Source: Candidatus Saccharimonadota bacterium (GTDB lineage Bacteria > Patescibacteriota > Saccharimonadia > Saccharimonadales > AWTP1-31). From it: a DNA stretch of 64,000 nt. Location: positions 52,751 to 116,750 of the forward strand of contig RXKC01000005.1 in NCBI GenBank assembly GCA_003962975.1, in the 5' to 3' direction. The position numbers and the translations under genes were made by a program. Below, in pieces: positions 31,783 to 39,706 of this stretch. Within the stretch, counting starts at the first letter, position 1. Each line of letters begins with the position of its first letter. A model generated the notes under the pieces. It ran no database searches, was not told where the DNA came from, and saw nothing but the letters and a program-made list of their open reading frames with translations.

Positions 31783-31989
31783 TTAACTAGCAACTAACGT
31801 ACCGTCGCTAGTGGTAAAACCTTCAAGGAAACCGTCTTCGTACATAGGCGTAACGGTCAGTGTTTCTATGTGGCCTAGTTCACTTAAATCTCGTGTAGCT
31901 GAGGTTTGAGGTGAGATGCCAGATTGTTCACCGTCAAAGTAAATTACGTCTTGTGCAGGAGTGGCCCATACGTTATCGTTACGCATCAC
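31783..31989 (-). CDS. hypothetical small protein (or 3' continuation of the upstream lipoprotein gene)
   Basis: 68-aa ORF in the same frame as 32029..32472. The two are separated only by a TAA stop and 13 sense codons. Confidence 0.3.
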   Translation of the reverse strand: MMRNDNVWATPAQDVIYFDGEQSGISPQTSATRDLSELGHIETLTVTPMYEDGFLEGFTTSDGTLVAS

Positions 31990-32028
31990 TCCACCTGTCC
32001 CTGGATCAAGATCTTCAGAGGTGCCTAC

Positions 32029-32430
32029 TTAGGCGTACTCAACTATTGTGCCTCCGCAGCGCATAATTAAACCGTTTAGCGCATAAGAGCCGCTGTGAGC
32101 GGTGCTGCCCTCTGGGCGGGCACCAACCGACTCTGTTTTTGTAGGGTCGTTTGGAACCAAAAATTCAGCGGTTAGTGGTTCGCCAGTTTCAACATGCTCC
32201 ATAATCTCTGTACGCTGTTCAGCAGTACAAGGGTCTGGTGTGTATGCAGGAAAATAAAGACTCATATCAGGAGGAACATGGCCCTTCATATGAGGGTCAT
32301 TCCACTCGTACACCGTAGTGGTTGTAGTAGATCCAGGAATCATATCGATATCACCATTCGGTGTACATCCAGTTAGTGCGGCAGCAAAGCTTGTTCCGGC
32401 CATTGAAGCAGCTGCAACATTTCGCCTCAT
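32029..32430 (-). CDS. putative lipoprotein
   Basis: Start chosen at MRRNVAAASMAGTSFAAALTGC. This gives a signal peptide ending in the lipobox-like sequence LTGC. Confidence 0.55.
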   Translation of the reverse strand: MRRNVAAASMAGTSFAAALTGCTPNGDIDMIPGSTTTTTVYEWNDPHMKGHVPPDMSLYFPAYTPDPCTAEQRTEIMEHVETGEPLTAEFLVPNDPTKTESVGARPEGSTAHSGSYALNGLIMRCGGTIVEYA

Positions 32431-32529
32431 TTTTCCCACGGTAATCTCTAAATTATTTATACATAATAACACATTTTATTAAAATAAGCAATAGTACTTT
32501 GACTTATGACTTCCATCTCTCGAGCCACG

Positions 32530-32553
32530 AAAAAACCGGACTTTTGTCCGGTT
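32530..32553 (-). terminator. orphan intrinsic terminator (reads on minus strand), next to tRNA-3'-end remnant
   Basis: Minus strand reads AACCGGAC-AAAA-GTCCGGTT followed by TTTT. No minus-strand gene lies upstream of it. Immediately upstream, in the minus sense, is CTAGCCA, which is identical to the 3' end of tRNA-Gln. Confidence 0.6.
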
Positions 32554-32566
32554 CTATCGTGGCTAG
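32551..32566. repeat. direct repeat, left copy (putative attL core): GTTCTATCGTGGCTAG
   Basis: Matches GTTCTATATGGCTAG at 55008..55022 (7 + 7 nt identical around a 1-2 nt indel). The TGGCTAG part is the complement of the tRNA-Gln 3' end, CCA included. Confidence 0.5.
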
Positions 32567-32668
32567 ACGAGACGTCCATTAATGGAACTTTCTATACCAG
32601 CCATTATGACCCTAACTTTAACATAGAAGAGGTTCGTAGCCTTCTTGACGAATCCAAGGAGGGGCAAA

Positions 32669-33142
32669 ATGTTTAAACAATTGCTCAAGCGAAATCAAGA
32701 GTCTGTTCCTTCAAAACTGTTCGACGAAGATTCATTCTATAAAGCCTTTGTTAAAGACATCAAGAAATGCCGAAATGAGCTTATCATTGAAAGCGCCTAC
32801 ATGACTACTCGTAGAGTTCATTTTCTTCTACCCTACCTCCAAGAATTAAAGAAGAACCGAGTCAGAGTAGTCATTAATACCCGCAACCCAGACGAACATG
32901 ACAAATATCTATGTCTTGAAGCACACAAAGCTCTAGCTCTACTTCTAGAAATTGGTGTGCAGGTTATCTTCAGCGAATCCCTCCATCGCAAGACTGCAAT
33001 AATTGACCGCAATATTCTATGGGAAGGATCGCTCAACATATTGTCCCAAAATAATAGCAAGGAAGTTATGCGTAGAACTGAATCTAGCCAACTAAGTTGG
33101 AAGATGGTGAGGTTCTCTGGGTTAGATCAAAAGATTAGCTGA
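32669..33142 (+). CDS. PLD-superfamily (HKD) protein, Nuc-like small nuclease/phosphodiesterase
   Basis: ATG at 32669 after AAGGAGG. A single HKD motif is present (HRKTAIIDRNILWEGSLN). The ~157-aa size matches single-domain Nuc-type PLD enzymes. Confidence 0.7.
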   Translation: MFKQLLKRNQESVPSKLFDEDSFYKAFVKDIKKCRNELIIESAYMTTRRVHFLLPYLQELKKNRVRVVINTRNPDEHDKYLCLEAHKALALLLEIGVQVIFSESLHRKTAIIDRNILWEGSLNILSQNNSKEVMRRTESSQLSWKMVRFSGLDQKIS

Positions 33143-33178
33143 TCTGTTAAAACATTAAAATATCAGTATAATGTAACT

Positions 33179-33865
33179 ATGAATTTAACAAATAAAACAG
33201 CGGTCATAGTCGGTGGCAGCCAAGGGATTGGTCGAGCACTAGCCGAAGGGCTACTCCATGAAGGCGCAAACGTAGTCGTTGCGAGCCGAACGCAAGAAAC
33301 TGTTGAGAAAACAGCTCAAGAAATTGGTGCAACACCTTTTGTGGTAGATGTACGTGACGAGCAAGGGTTAAGAGACCTGGCTTCTTTTACAATTGATAAG
33401 TTCGGCGCGATAGATCTATGGGTTAACAGCGCAGGACTATTCAAGAAGTTTCCAAAGGGTGATCTACTGGATATGGATCGAGCGCATGAAATGTTCGATG
33501 TAAACTTTTTCGGTGCAGTACTCGGTTCAAGAACAGCACTCCTTAATATGGAAGATGGCGCTGTCGTTAACATCCTTTCCAGTGCTGCCTTAGATGCTAG
33601 ACGTTCTGTCGGGGCTAAGTTGTATGCAGCAAGCAAATGGGCTTTACGTGGTTATGTAGATGCGCTACGTAGCGAGAATGAAGATAGTTCAGTGCAAATT
33701 CTTTCTGTTTATCCTGGCGGCACAAAGTCGCATCTACATGATGAGGCGCTACCTGCCGAGTTTCCGAACTTTATGGAACCCGAGTATGTCGTCGGCAAGA
33801 TTATAGCTAATCTTCAGCTGGAACAGCCGGAACAAGATTTGATCATTAAGAGGCCTAACATATGA
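33179..33865 (+). CDS. short-chain dehydrogenase/reductase (SDR)
   Basis: TGxxxGIG-type N-terminus (VIVGGSQGIGRALA), an NSAG block and the YAASK (YxxxK) catalytic motif. Confidence 0.85.
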   Translation: MNLTNKTAVIVGGSQGIGRALAEGLLHEGANVVVASRTQETVEKTAQEIGATPFVVDVRDEQGLRDLASFTIDKFGAIDLWVNSAGLFKKFPKGDLLDMDRAHEMFDVNFFGAVLGSRTALLNMEDGAVVNILSSAALDARRSVGAKLYAASKWALRGYVDALRSENEDSSVQILSVYPGGTKSHLHDEALPAEFPNFMEPEYVVGKIIANLQLEQPEQDLIIKRPNI

Positions 33866-34428
33866 AAAATGCAATCTTACTACATGGCAAACCGGGCAAA
33901 GAAGAATATTATGACGGCAGCACACCATCATGCAGCAACTACCACTGGTTCCCATGGCTCCAGAAGCAACTGATCACTAGGGATATAAAAGCCGATACTC
34001 CTGAAGTACCTTTTGCCTACGACCCACGCTATGATCTATGGGTTAAAGAAGTGGAACGCTTTGAGATGACGCCTGATACGCTGCTGGTTGGTCACAGTTG
34101 TGGTGGTGGCTTTTGGGTACGATATCTTTCTGAGCACAAAGATCTAAAGGTTGGTAAGGTTGTGCTTGTAGCTCCTTCTTTGAATCCCGATAAGTCATGG
34201 GGTGCAAAGTTCTTTGATTTTGAAATTGATCCTAGCCTTATCGACAGGGTAAAAGAGTTGATTATCTTCCATTCTACGAATGACCATGAGGGTATTCAGG
34301 AGTCGGTCAGAATAATACGAAATGTAATTCCAAACATTAAATATAGAGAGTTCAAGGACATGGGGCACTTTACTGTAGAAGATATGCCCGCTTCTGAGTT
34401 TCCAGAATTACTAGAGGCATTACTATGA
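33862..34428 (+). CDS. alpha/beta hydrolase, RBBP9/YdeN-like serine hydrolase
   Basis: 188 aa with an LVGHSCGGGF nucleophile-elbow region. Its start overlaps the SDR stop (ATGA). Confidence 0.6.
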   Translation: MKNAILLHGKPGKEEYYDGSTPSCSNYHWFPWLQKQLITRDIKADTPEVPFAYDPRYDLWVKEVERFEMTPDTLLVGHSCGGGFWVRYLSEHKDLKVGKVVLVAPSLNPDKSWGAKFFDFEIDPSLIDRVKELIIFHSTNDHEGIQESVRIIRNVIPNIKYREFKDMGHFTVEDMPASEFPELLEALL

Positions 34429-34907
34429 GTGACGAAGATAATATGCGGTTAGCCATTGATGTAGCCAAAGACGCAGAAGCAAGCGGTGGTGCAGCTATCG
34501 GTGCGATTATGGTTAAGGATGGAAAAGTTATTGCACAAGGATTAAGCAACCCTTGGGGCAAACGTGATCCATCTAATCATGGTGAGATTGACTGTATTAG
34601 AAACACGGCTAAAGATAATGATCTTATGGACATGCAGGGCTGTACTTTGTATGGGACTTTAGAGCCCTGCTCTATGTGCGTAGGTGCTGCATTATGGGCA
34701 GGAGTAGATCGTATCGTCTTTGGTGCATATGCAGAAGATGTAGCTGGCAATGATTACGAATACGATAATTACAGTTCCGAGGAGCTTGCCAAGACATCAC
34801 GAAAAGCAGCAAATCCCTCTCGTGGAAAGATAGAAATAATTGGTGGCGTGTTACACGAGGAGTGCAAAGAGCTTCTAAAAGACTATAAAGAATGGCAGAA
34901 GCAATGA
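34425..34907 (+). CDS. CMP/dCMP-type zinc deaminase (TadA/guanine-deaminase-like nucleoside deaminase)
   Basis: HGEIDCI (H-x-E) and PCSMCVGA (PCxxC) zinc motifs. Overlaps the upstream stop. Confidence 0.8.
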   Translation: MSDEDNMRLAIDVAKDAEASGGAAIGAIMVKDGKVIAQGLSNPWGKRDPSNHGEIDCIRNTAKDNDLMDMQGCTLYGTLEPCSMCVGAALWAGVDRIVFGAYAEDVAGNDYEYDNYSSEELAKTSRKAANPSRGKIEIIGGVLHEECKELLKDYKEWQKQ

Positions 34908-35299
34908 ACTTAACAGGTGACATTATCGAAGAAAGTCTAAAAGATAAGTCTGTTGTTAAAGAAGTTAAAGTTATCTCTACTCGAGTTGAACAAGTTACCG
35001 AAGACCATAAAACTCCTTGGTTAAAACAGTGGACACTACACACCATTGAAGTTGAGCCAGATGAAGCTTCAGCTCTGGCTGAAAGACTATGCCATGCCCT
35101 TGAACCAAACTACTGGTACATTGATTATAAAAATGATGATCTTCACTACATCATCTTTCCAGTAAAAGTATTCAGGGTGAACAGAAAGAATCCAGATGAG
35201 TATAAGCCTGTAGTTACCTACGGTTTAAGTCTTAATATTCCTAGATATCAGCTTGATTTCTCGCCAGAAATTAAATACTGGGAGAGATCTGATGCCTAA
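34904..35299 (+). CDS. hypothetical protein
   Basis: ORF with its ATG at 34904 overlapping the deaminase TGA (ATGA). I recognise no family. Confidence 0.45.
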   Translation: MNLTGDIIEESLKDKSVVKEVKVISTRVEQVTEDHKTPWLKQWTLHTIEVEPDEASALAERLCHALEPNYWYIDYKNDDLHYIIFPVKVFRVNRKNPDEYKPVVTYGLSLNIPRYQLDFSPEIKYWERSDA

Positions 35300-36206
35300 A
35301 ATAGTAGTAACTAATAACCAGTACTTCACTCCAGAACAAAAAGAGCGTCTGGATAAGCTCGGAGACGTAACGTATCACGACAAGCTGCCTAAAGACGGAG
35401 CAGAATACCTAGAGATCGTTAAAGGCGCAGACATTATATGTTCTGGTACTGCAGGGTTACAAGACGCATATGCTGATCTTAAAGATGTTTATGTAACCGT
35501 AGGCTTTGTAAGTGTTGCTTTTGTTGACACGGAGGTAATGAAGAAAAACGGTGTCACAATATCAAATGCACCAGGTGCTAATCGGCACGCTGTATCAGAA
35601 TGGATTATATGGGCTATACTCAACCTGTTCCGCAAATTCAATACTGCACTTAACCGTGAAGAAAATTATCGCAAAGATGGCAACCTACCTCCGCTTAACG
35701 AAAGTCTTGCTGACAAAAAATTAGTTATCCTTGGTGCTGGTAATGTTGGTAGACAAGTTGGTAAACTTGCTGAAGTTTTTGAGATGAAAGTCAGCTACTT
35801 TAAGCGGGGCGATAATTTACTAGATGTAATTAAGGATGCTGATGTTGTCGTAGACACGCTTAGCAGTAACCCAAGTACCGAAAAACTTTTAGATAAACAG
35901 TTCTTCTCTAGTCTTAAAAAAGGTAGCTACTTCGTGAGTGTCACACGAGCTGAGGTTGCAGATCAGGACGCTATGCTAGAAGCCTTGGACGACGGAATAT
36001 TGGCTGGAGTTGCGACCGACTGCGGAGGCGTTCTAGTTGGTGATACAGAAGATCCGTTGTACAAGAAGATGCTTGCTCATCCCAAAGTCCTCGCTACGCC
36101 ACATATATCTTGGAGTGCAACAAAGAGCCTGCAAGTTGGTAGCGACATTATGATTGATAATGTTGAAGCGTACATTAAGGGCAGACCCCAGAATATCGTA
36201 GGTTAG
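35292..36206 (+). CDS. D-isomer-specific 2-hydroxyacid dehydrogenase family protein
   Basis: Start at MPKIVVTN. NAD-binding fold LVILGAGNVGRQVG and a C-terminal catalytic region ATPHISW. Confidence 0.8.
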   Translation: MPKIVVTNNQYFTPEQKERLDKLGDVTYHDKLPKDGAEYLEIVKGADIICSGTAGLQDAYADLKDVYVTVGFVSVAFVDTEVMKKNGVTISNAPGANRHAVSEWIIWAILNLFRKFNTALNREENYRKDGNLPPLNESLADKKLVILGAGNVGRQVGKLAEVFEMKVSYFKRGDNLLDVIKDADVVVDTLSSNPSTEKLLDKQFFSSLKKGSYFVSVTRAEVADQDAMLEALDDGILAGVATDCGGVLVGDTEDPLYKKMLAHPKVLATPHISWSATKSLQVGSDIMIDNVEAYIKGRPQNIVG

Positions 36207-36209
36207 GTC

Positions 36210-36950
36210 TTGAAACTATCCCTCCTCCAGTGGAACATTTGGTACAAAGAAGATATCAGAAACATTACCAATGAAATTCAGCGGCTCAATCCTGATATTG
36301 TTTGCTTGCAAGAATTGACCGTTAATCATGAAGATCAGGAAATCAAAGATACCATTAAGTATATCGCAGAAGCACTTGGCTATAACTACTATGCGCCACT
36401 AATACCGCTTCGTGAGCTAGAGGGCCAGGAACTTAGTCTAGCCAACGGCATATTTACAAAGCTCCCAATTAAGAGCCAAAGAAGAGTCTGGGTTAACGAA
36501 CCAAAAGGTGAAGGTGGCTATGACGATGAATATCGTGCATATGTTGAGGTTGTACTAGATATAGACGGTCAAGATCTGACTATTGGCACAGTTCATATGT
36601 CATATACTCATCGTTTTGAAGTCACAGATTCTAAAAAAGCCGAAACAGATAAGTTAGTAGTAGAACTCCAGAAACCAACCACGCCATTTATATTTACTGG
36701 TGATCTTAACGCCACAGACGGCTCATACACTATTGAGTCAGTTAGTAAGATTATGTCAGACGCTGGACCGAAAAAAGATCTAAAAACATGGACGACTAAG
36801 CCATTTTCCTACCAAGGTTTTGAGGAAGATAAACTCAATTGGCGCTTAGATTATGTTTTCAAAAATGACAAGGTTAAAGCTATTAGTAGTAATATCATAA
36901 CAACCGATTATTCTGACCATTTGCCGCTTTTAATTACATTTGAGGTTTGA
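36210..36950 (+). CDS. endonuclease/exonuclease/phosphatase (EEP) family protein
   Basis: EEP blocks LLQWNIW, PDIVCLQE, TGDLNA and YSDHLPL. TTG start. Confidence 0.8.
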   Translation: MKLSLLQWNIWYKEDIRNITNEIQRLNPDIVCLQELTVNHEDQEIKDTIKYIAEALGYNYYAPLIPLRELEGQELSLANGIFTKLPIKSQRRVWVNEPKGEGGYDDEYRAYVEVVLDIDGQDLTIGTVHMSYTHRFEVTDSKKAETDKLVVELQKPTTPFIFTGDLNATDGSYTIESVSKIMSDAGPKKDLKTWTTKPFSYQGFEEDKLNWRLDYVFKNDKVKAISSNIITTDYSDHLPLLITFEV

Positions 36951-36961
36951 AAAGGAAACCC

Positions 36962-37612
36962 ATGAAAAACTATCAATACATTCTCCTGGACTGGGACGGC
37001 AATCTTGCTAAAACTCTGGATGTTTGGCTTGAAGCTTGTCGCATACCACTTGAGAAGCGTGGCTTAAAACTTTCTGACACCGAAATTGCTGCCAGCTTTG
37101 GAATGTTCGAAGAGCAAGTTAAAGAATGGGGCTTTGCAAATGAAGTAGACGCAATTGCCAATGAAGCTGATGAAATTGCGGCCTTGAAACTACCTCATGT
37201 AGATCTCTACCCTGATGCGCTTGAAGTATTAGGCCAGCTCAGAAAGCTAGGTAAGAAAACAGCACTTGTAACAACATCTATGCATGGTCAGGTAAAAGAT
37301 GCTCTTAGTAACCACAATATGCTCGATCTCTTTGATGCAATAATTGCCTGGGATGATACAACAAATCATAAGCCCCATGCCGAGCCTTTAGAGAAGGCAC
37401 TGGAAATGATTGGTGGCAACAAAGAACAAGCTATCATGGTGGGCGATACCGACAAGGACATTCTAGCTGGACAGAATGCTGGCGTAGATACCGTTCTTTA
37501 CTACCCAGATGAACATACTAAGTTTTATAGCTATGATAAATTAGTAAGTCACAATCCAACGCATGTTATCAACGACTTTAAAGAGCTGCTTAAACTGGTC
37601 AATCTGGTATGA
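36962..37612 (+). CDS. HAD-superfamily phosphatase (phosphoglycolate phosphatase/PpaX-like)
   Basis: Motif I LLDWDGNL, motif II VTTS and motif IV VGDTDKDI. Confidence 0.8.
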   Translation: MKNYQYILLDWDGNLAKTLDVWLEACRIPLEKRGLKLSDTEIAASFGMFEEQVKEWGFANEVDAIANEADEIAALKLPHVDLYPDALEVLGQLRKLGKKTALVTTSMHGQVKDALSNHNMLDLFDAIIAWDDTTNHKPHAEPLEKALEMIGGNKEQAIMVGDTDKDILAGQNAGVDTVLYYPDEHTKFYSYDKLVSHNPTHVINDFKELLKLVNLV

Positions 37613-37619
37613 TGCGCCT

Positions 37620-38021
37620 ATGAATCTGTATGAAGTAATCTCGAAGCTTTCTCCTGACCTAGAACAATCACCAATTATCAATGCGTTATGGTTAGAGGGG
37701 TCATGGGCAACCGGAAAGAATAACCACGAATCGGATATTGATGTCTGGATGGATGTAGAGGATGGCAAATTTGCAGAATCAATAGATATTTTTCGTACTG
37801 CCTTGGAAAGAATCGGGAAGATAGACTGGGAAGATTCCAGAGGAGTGTACTCTGAGAATCCTAAACTACAAAAGCATACCTTTCATCTGGAGGGCTTTCC
37901 ACTCAAGCAGCGCATAGAACTTGACCTTCAGGAGCATAGTCGTAAGTTTGTCTTTAATAAGGATGAACATATCATTATGGTAATTTTCGACAAGAACAAC
38001 TCAATAAACTGGAACACCTAG
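37620..38021 (+). CDS. Pol-beta-fold nucleotidyltransferase domain protein (ANT/Lnu/MNT-like)
   Basis: Start at MNLYEVI. Carries the GS-x(n)-DxD signature (LEGSWATGKNNHESDIDVWMDV). Confidence 0.7.
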   Translation: MNLYEVISKLSPDLEQSPIINALWLEGSWATGKNNHESDIDVWMDVEDGKFAESIDIFRTALERIGKIDWEDSRGVYSENPKLQKHTFHLEGFPLKQRIELDLQEHSRKFVFNKDEHIIMVIFDKNNSINWNT

Positions 38022-38044
38022 CCATAGGTGCCTATAAGAAATAT

Positions 38045-38073
38045 TTGACATGTATCAACGGTTATGCTAATAT
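38045..38073 (+). promoter_or_regulatory. sigma70-like promoter (TTGACA-17 nt-TAATAT) for the ABC-F leader
   Basis: TTGACA at 38045-38050 and TAATAT at 38068-38073 with a 17-nt spacer. Confidence 0.55.
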
Positions 38074-38101
38074 AGTCTGAACTAACGGAGTTTGCATACA
38101 A

Positions 38102-38125
38102 ATGATAGATCTAATCAACAGCTAA
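38102..38125 (+). CDS. candidate leader peptide MIDLINS (7 aa)
   Basis: ATG at 38102 lies 11 nt after GGAG (38087-38090). The stop is at 38123-38125. The ORF sits between the promoter and the terminator hairpin. Confidence 0.35.
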   Translation: MIDLINS

Positions 38126-38183
38126 AGATGTCACGCTAACGGCGTAGCTTTGCTATTGATTTGATTTCATTACTAAACTTCTG

Positions 38184-38226
38184 AAAACCGAGCGTACGTG
38201 ACATTCTGTCTGCCTGCTCGGTTTTT
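38184..38226 (+). terminator. intrinsic terminator/attenuator immediately upstream of the ABC-F RBS
   Basis: AAAACCGAGC (38184-38193) pairs with GCTCGGTTTT (38216-38225) and is followed by a T-run. The RBS GGAGG is at 38233-38237 and the ATG at 38246. Confidence 0.6.
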
Positions 38227-38245
38227 CTATTTGGAGGAAAAAGTA

Positions 38246-39706
38246 ATGGCTTTTTTACGTCATATATACAAATCATATCGGGGACAAACTGTTCTTGAGG
38301 ATATCAACTTGGCTATTAACCATGGCGAAGTAGTTGCTCTCATTGGTGAAAATGGAGCTGGTAAAACCACTCTTTTGGAGATCCTGAGAGGAGAGCTCAA
38401 GCCTGATGCGGGAAGCGTTCAGGTTTCGGAAACTGTTGGTTATGTTCCGCAGGAAGCAGTACTTGGGAAGACAATCGCAGAGAGTTTTTCGGCTACGACC
38501 GAGTCGTGGAAGATCGACTATGCCCTTGAAAGAGTCGGCATGGGCTCTAAAAAACGGAGTACCTTTGTTAGTACACTAAGTGGCGGCCAGAAGACACGGC
38601 TAGCCTTTGCCGTTGTTTTGGCTCAAGATCCTGAGCCTTCTTTACTACTGCTTGACGAACCCACCAACAACTTAGATACGGCTGGCCTAGAGTGGCTAGC
38701 AGACTTTGTGCGTACTTTTGATGGTGCAGTTCTGCTGGTTAGTCACGACCGTGAGTTTGTAAACAAAACGGCTACTAAAATTGCAGAGCTACATAAAACA
38801 AAGCTTACTCTTTACGGTGGTAATTACGACTTCTATCGCACACAGAAAGAACTAGAAGAAGCCGCAGCGGTCGCGCGATACCAGCAGCATATCGAAGAGC
38901 GCAACCATCTGACAAAAGCTATTACTGCTCAACGAGAGAATAGTAAGCATGCTCACGAACACTTCAAGTCGTCCGATAACGATAAGATGCAAAATCACTA
39001 CTTCAAGAACAGAGTAACCGTTAAGTACGGCAAGCAAGCTCGCATGCTGGAGAAACGACTCGATCAACTTGAGGAGGTTGAACGGCCAGAGTCGTCAAAG
39101 GACTACCGAATCGTCCTTGGAGGCGAAGTTGTTAGGAATAAGTTGGTGCTGCGACTTGAAGATATCTGCAAAGGATTCCCCGATCTTGTACTAGATAAAG
39201 TCAATCTAGAGATTCGTGGTGGCGAACGTATTCACGTTCAAGGCCAAAACGGAAGTGGTAAGACAACATTGTTGACCATTGCAGCTCGTAAAACTCAGCC
39301 GGACAGCGGAGGAGTAGCCTACGGCAACGGAATTAGTGCTGGATACTTCTCACAAAATGTTGACGGCCTAGACCATGCAGTCACGGGACTATCCAACCTT
39401 GTGGCAACCGAAGCTACGATGACCGATATTTTCCGTGAAGCTCGTAGCCTGGGATTAACCGATACTGACCTTAAGAAACCGGTCAGCGAGTTGTCTCGTG
39501 GCCAACAGGCCAAGCTTGGATTTGCTAAGTTGCTACTTGCCTCGCATCACTTGTTGATCTTAGATGAACCGACTAACCACCTAGATATTCCGACTAGAGA
39601 GCAGATTGAATCAGCACTCCAAAAATATAAGGGTGCAGTCTTGTTTGCTTCACACGACAAATACTTTGCTATAAAACTCAAACCAACAAAGGAATTACAA
39701 CTATGA
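38246..39706 (+). CDS. ABC-F family ATPase (ARE-like ribosomal-protection type)
   Basis: Two ABC cassettes with no TM domain: GENGAGKTT/LSGGQKTRL/LLLLDEPTNNLD and GQNGSGKTT/LSRGQQAKL/LLILDEPTNHLD. A charged helical linker of about 90 aa joins them. The 486-aa size falls in the Msr/Lsa/Vga range. Confidence 0.85.
   Translation: MAFLRHIYKSYRGQTVLEDINLAINHGEVVALIGENGAGKTTLLEILRGELKPDAGSVQVSETVGYVPQEAVLGKTIAESFSATTESWKIDYALERVGMGSKKRSTFVSTLSGGQKTRLAFAVVLAQDPEPSLLLLDEPTNNLDTAGLEWLADFVRTFDGAVLLVSHDREFVNKTATKIAELHKTKLTLYGGNYDFYRTQKELEEAAAVARYQQHIEERNHLTKAITAQRENSKHAHEHFKSSDNDKMQNHYFKNRVTVKYGKQARMLEKRLDQLEEVERPESSKDYRIVLGGEVVRNKLVLRLEDICKGFPDLVLDKVNLEIRGGERIHVQGQNGSGKTTLLTIAARKTQPDSGGVAYGNGISAGYFSQNVDGLDHAVTGLSNLVATEATMTDIFREARSLGLTDTDLKKPVSELSRGQQAKLGFAKLLLASHHLLILDEPTNHLDIPTREQIESALQKYKGAVLFASHDKYFAIKLKPTKELQL

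Noticed and set aside
31783-32472. The lipoprotein gene and the downstream 68-aa ORF are in the same frame, separated by a single TAA. This could be a pseudogene or a read-through gene.
   Set aside because: Frame identity has a one-in-three chance of occurring randomly. The downstream ORF has its own GTG/ATG start with a weak AGGTGG upstream. I have no homology evidence linking the two parts.
38198-38245. The GTG-initiated N-terminal extension of the ABC-F ORF (MTFCLPARFFYLEEKV...).
   Set aside because: The extension would be translated through the terminator hairpin and has no RBS. The ATG at 38246 has a well-spaced GGAGG and begins with a typical ABC-F N-terminus.
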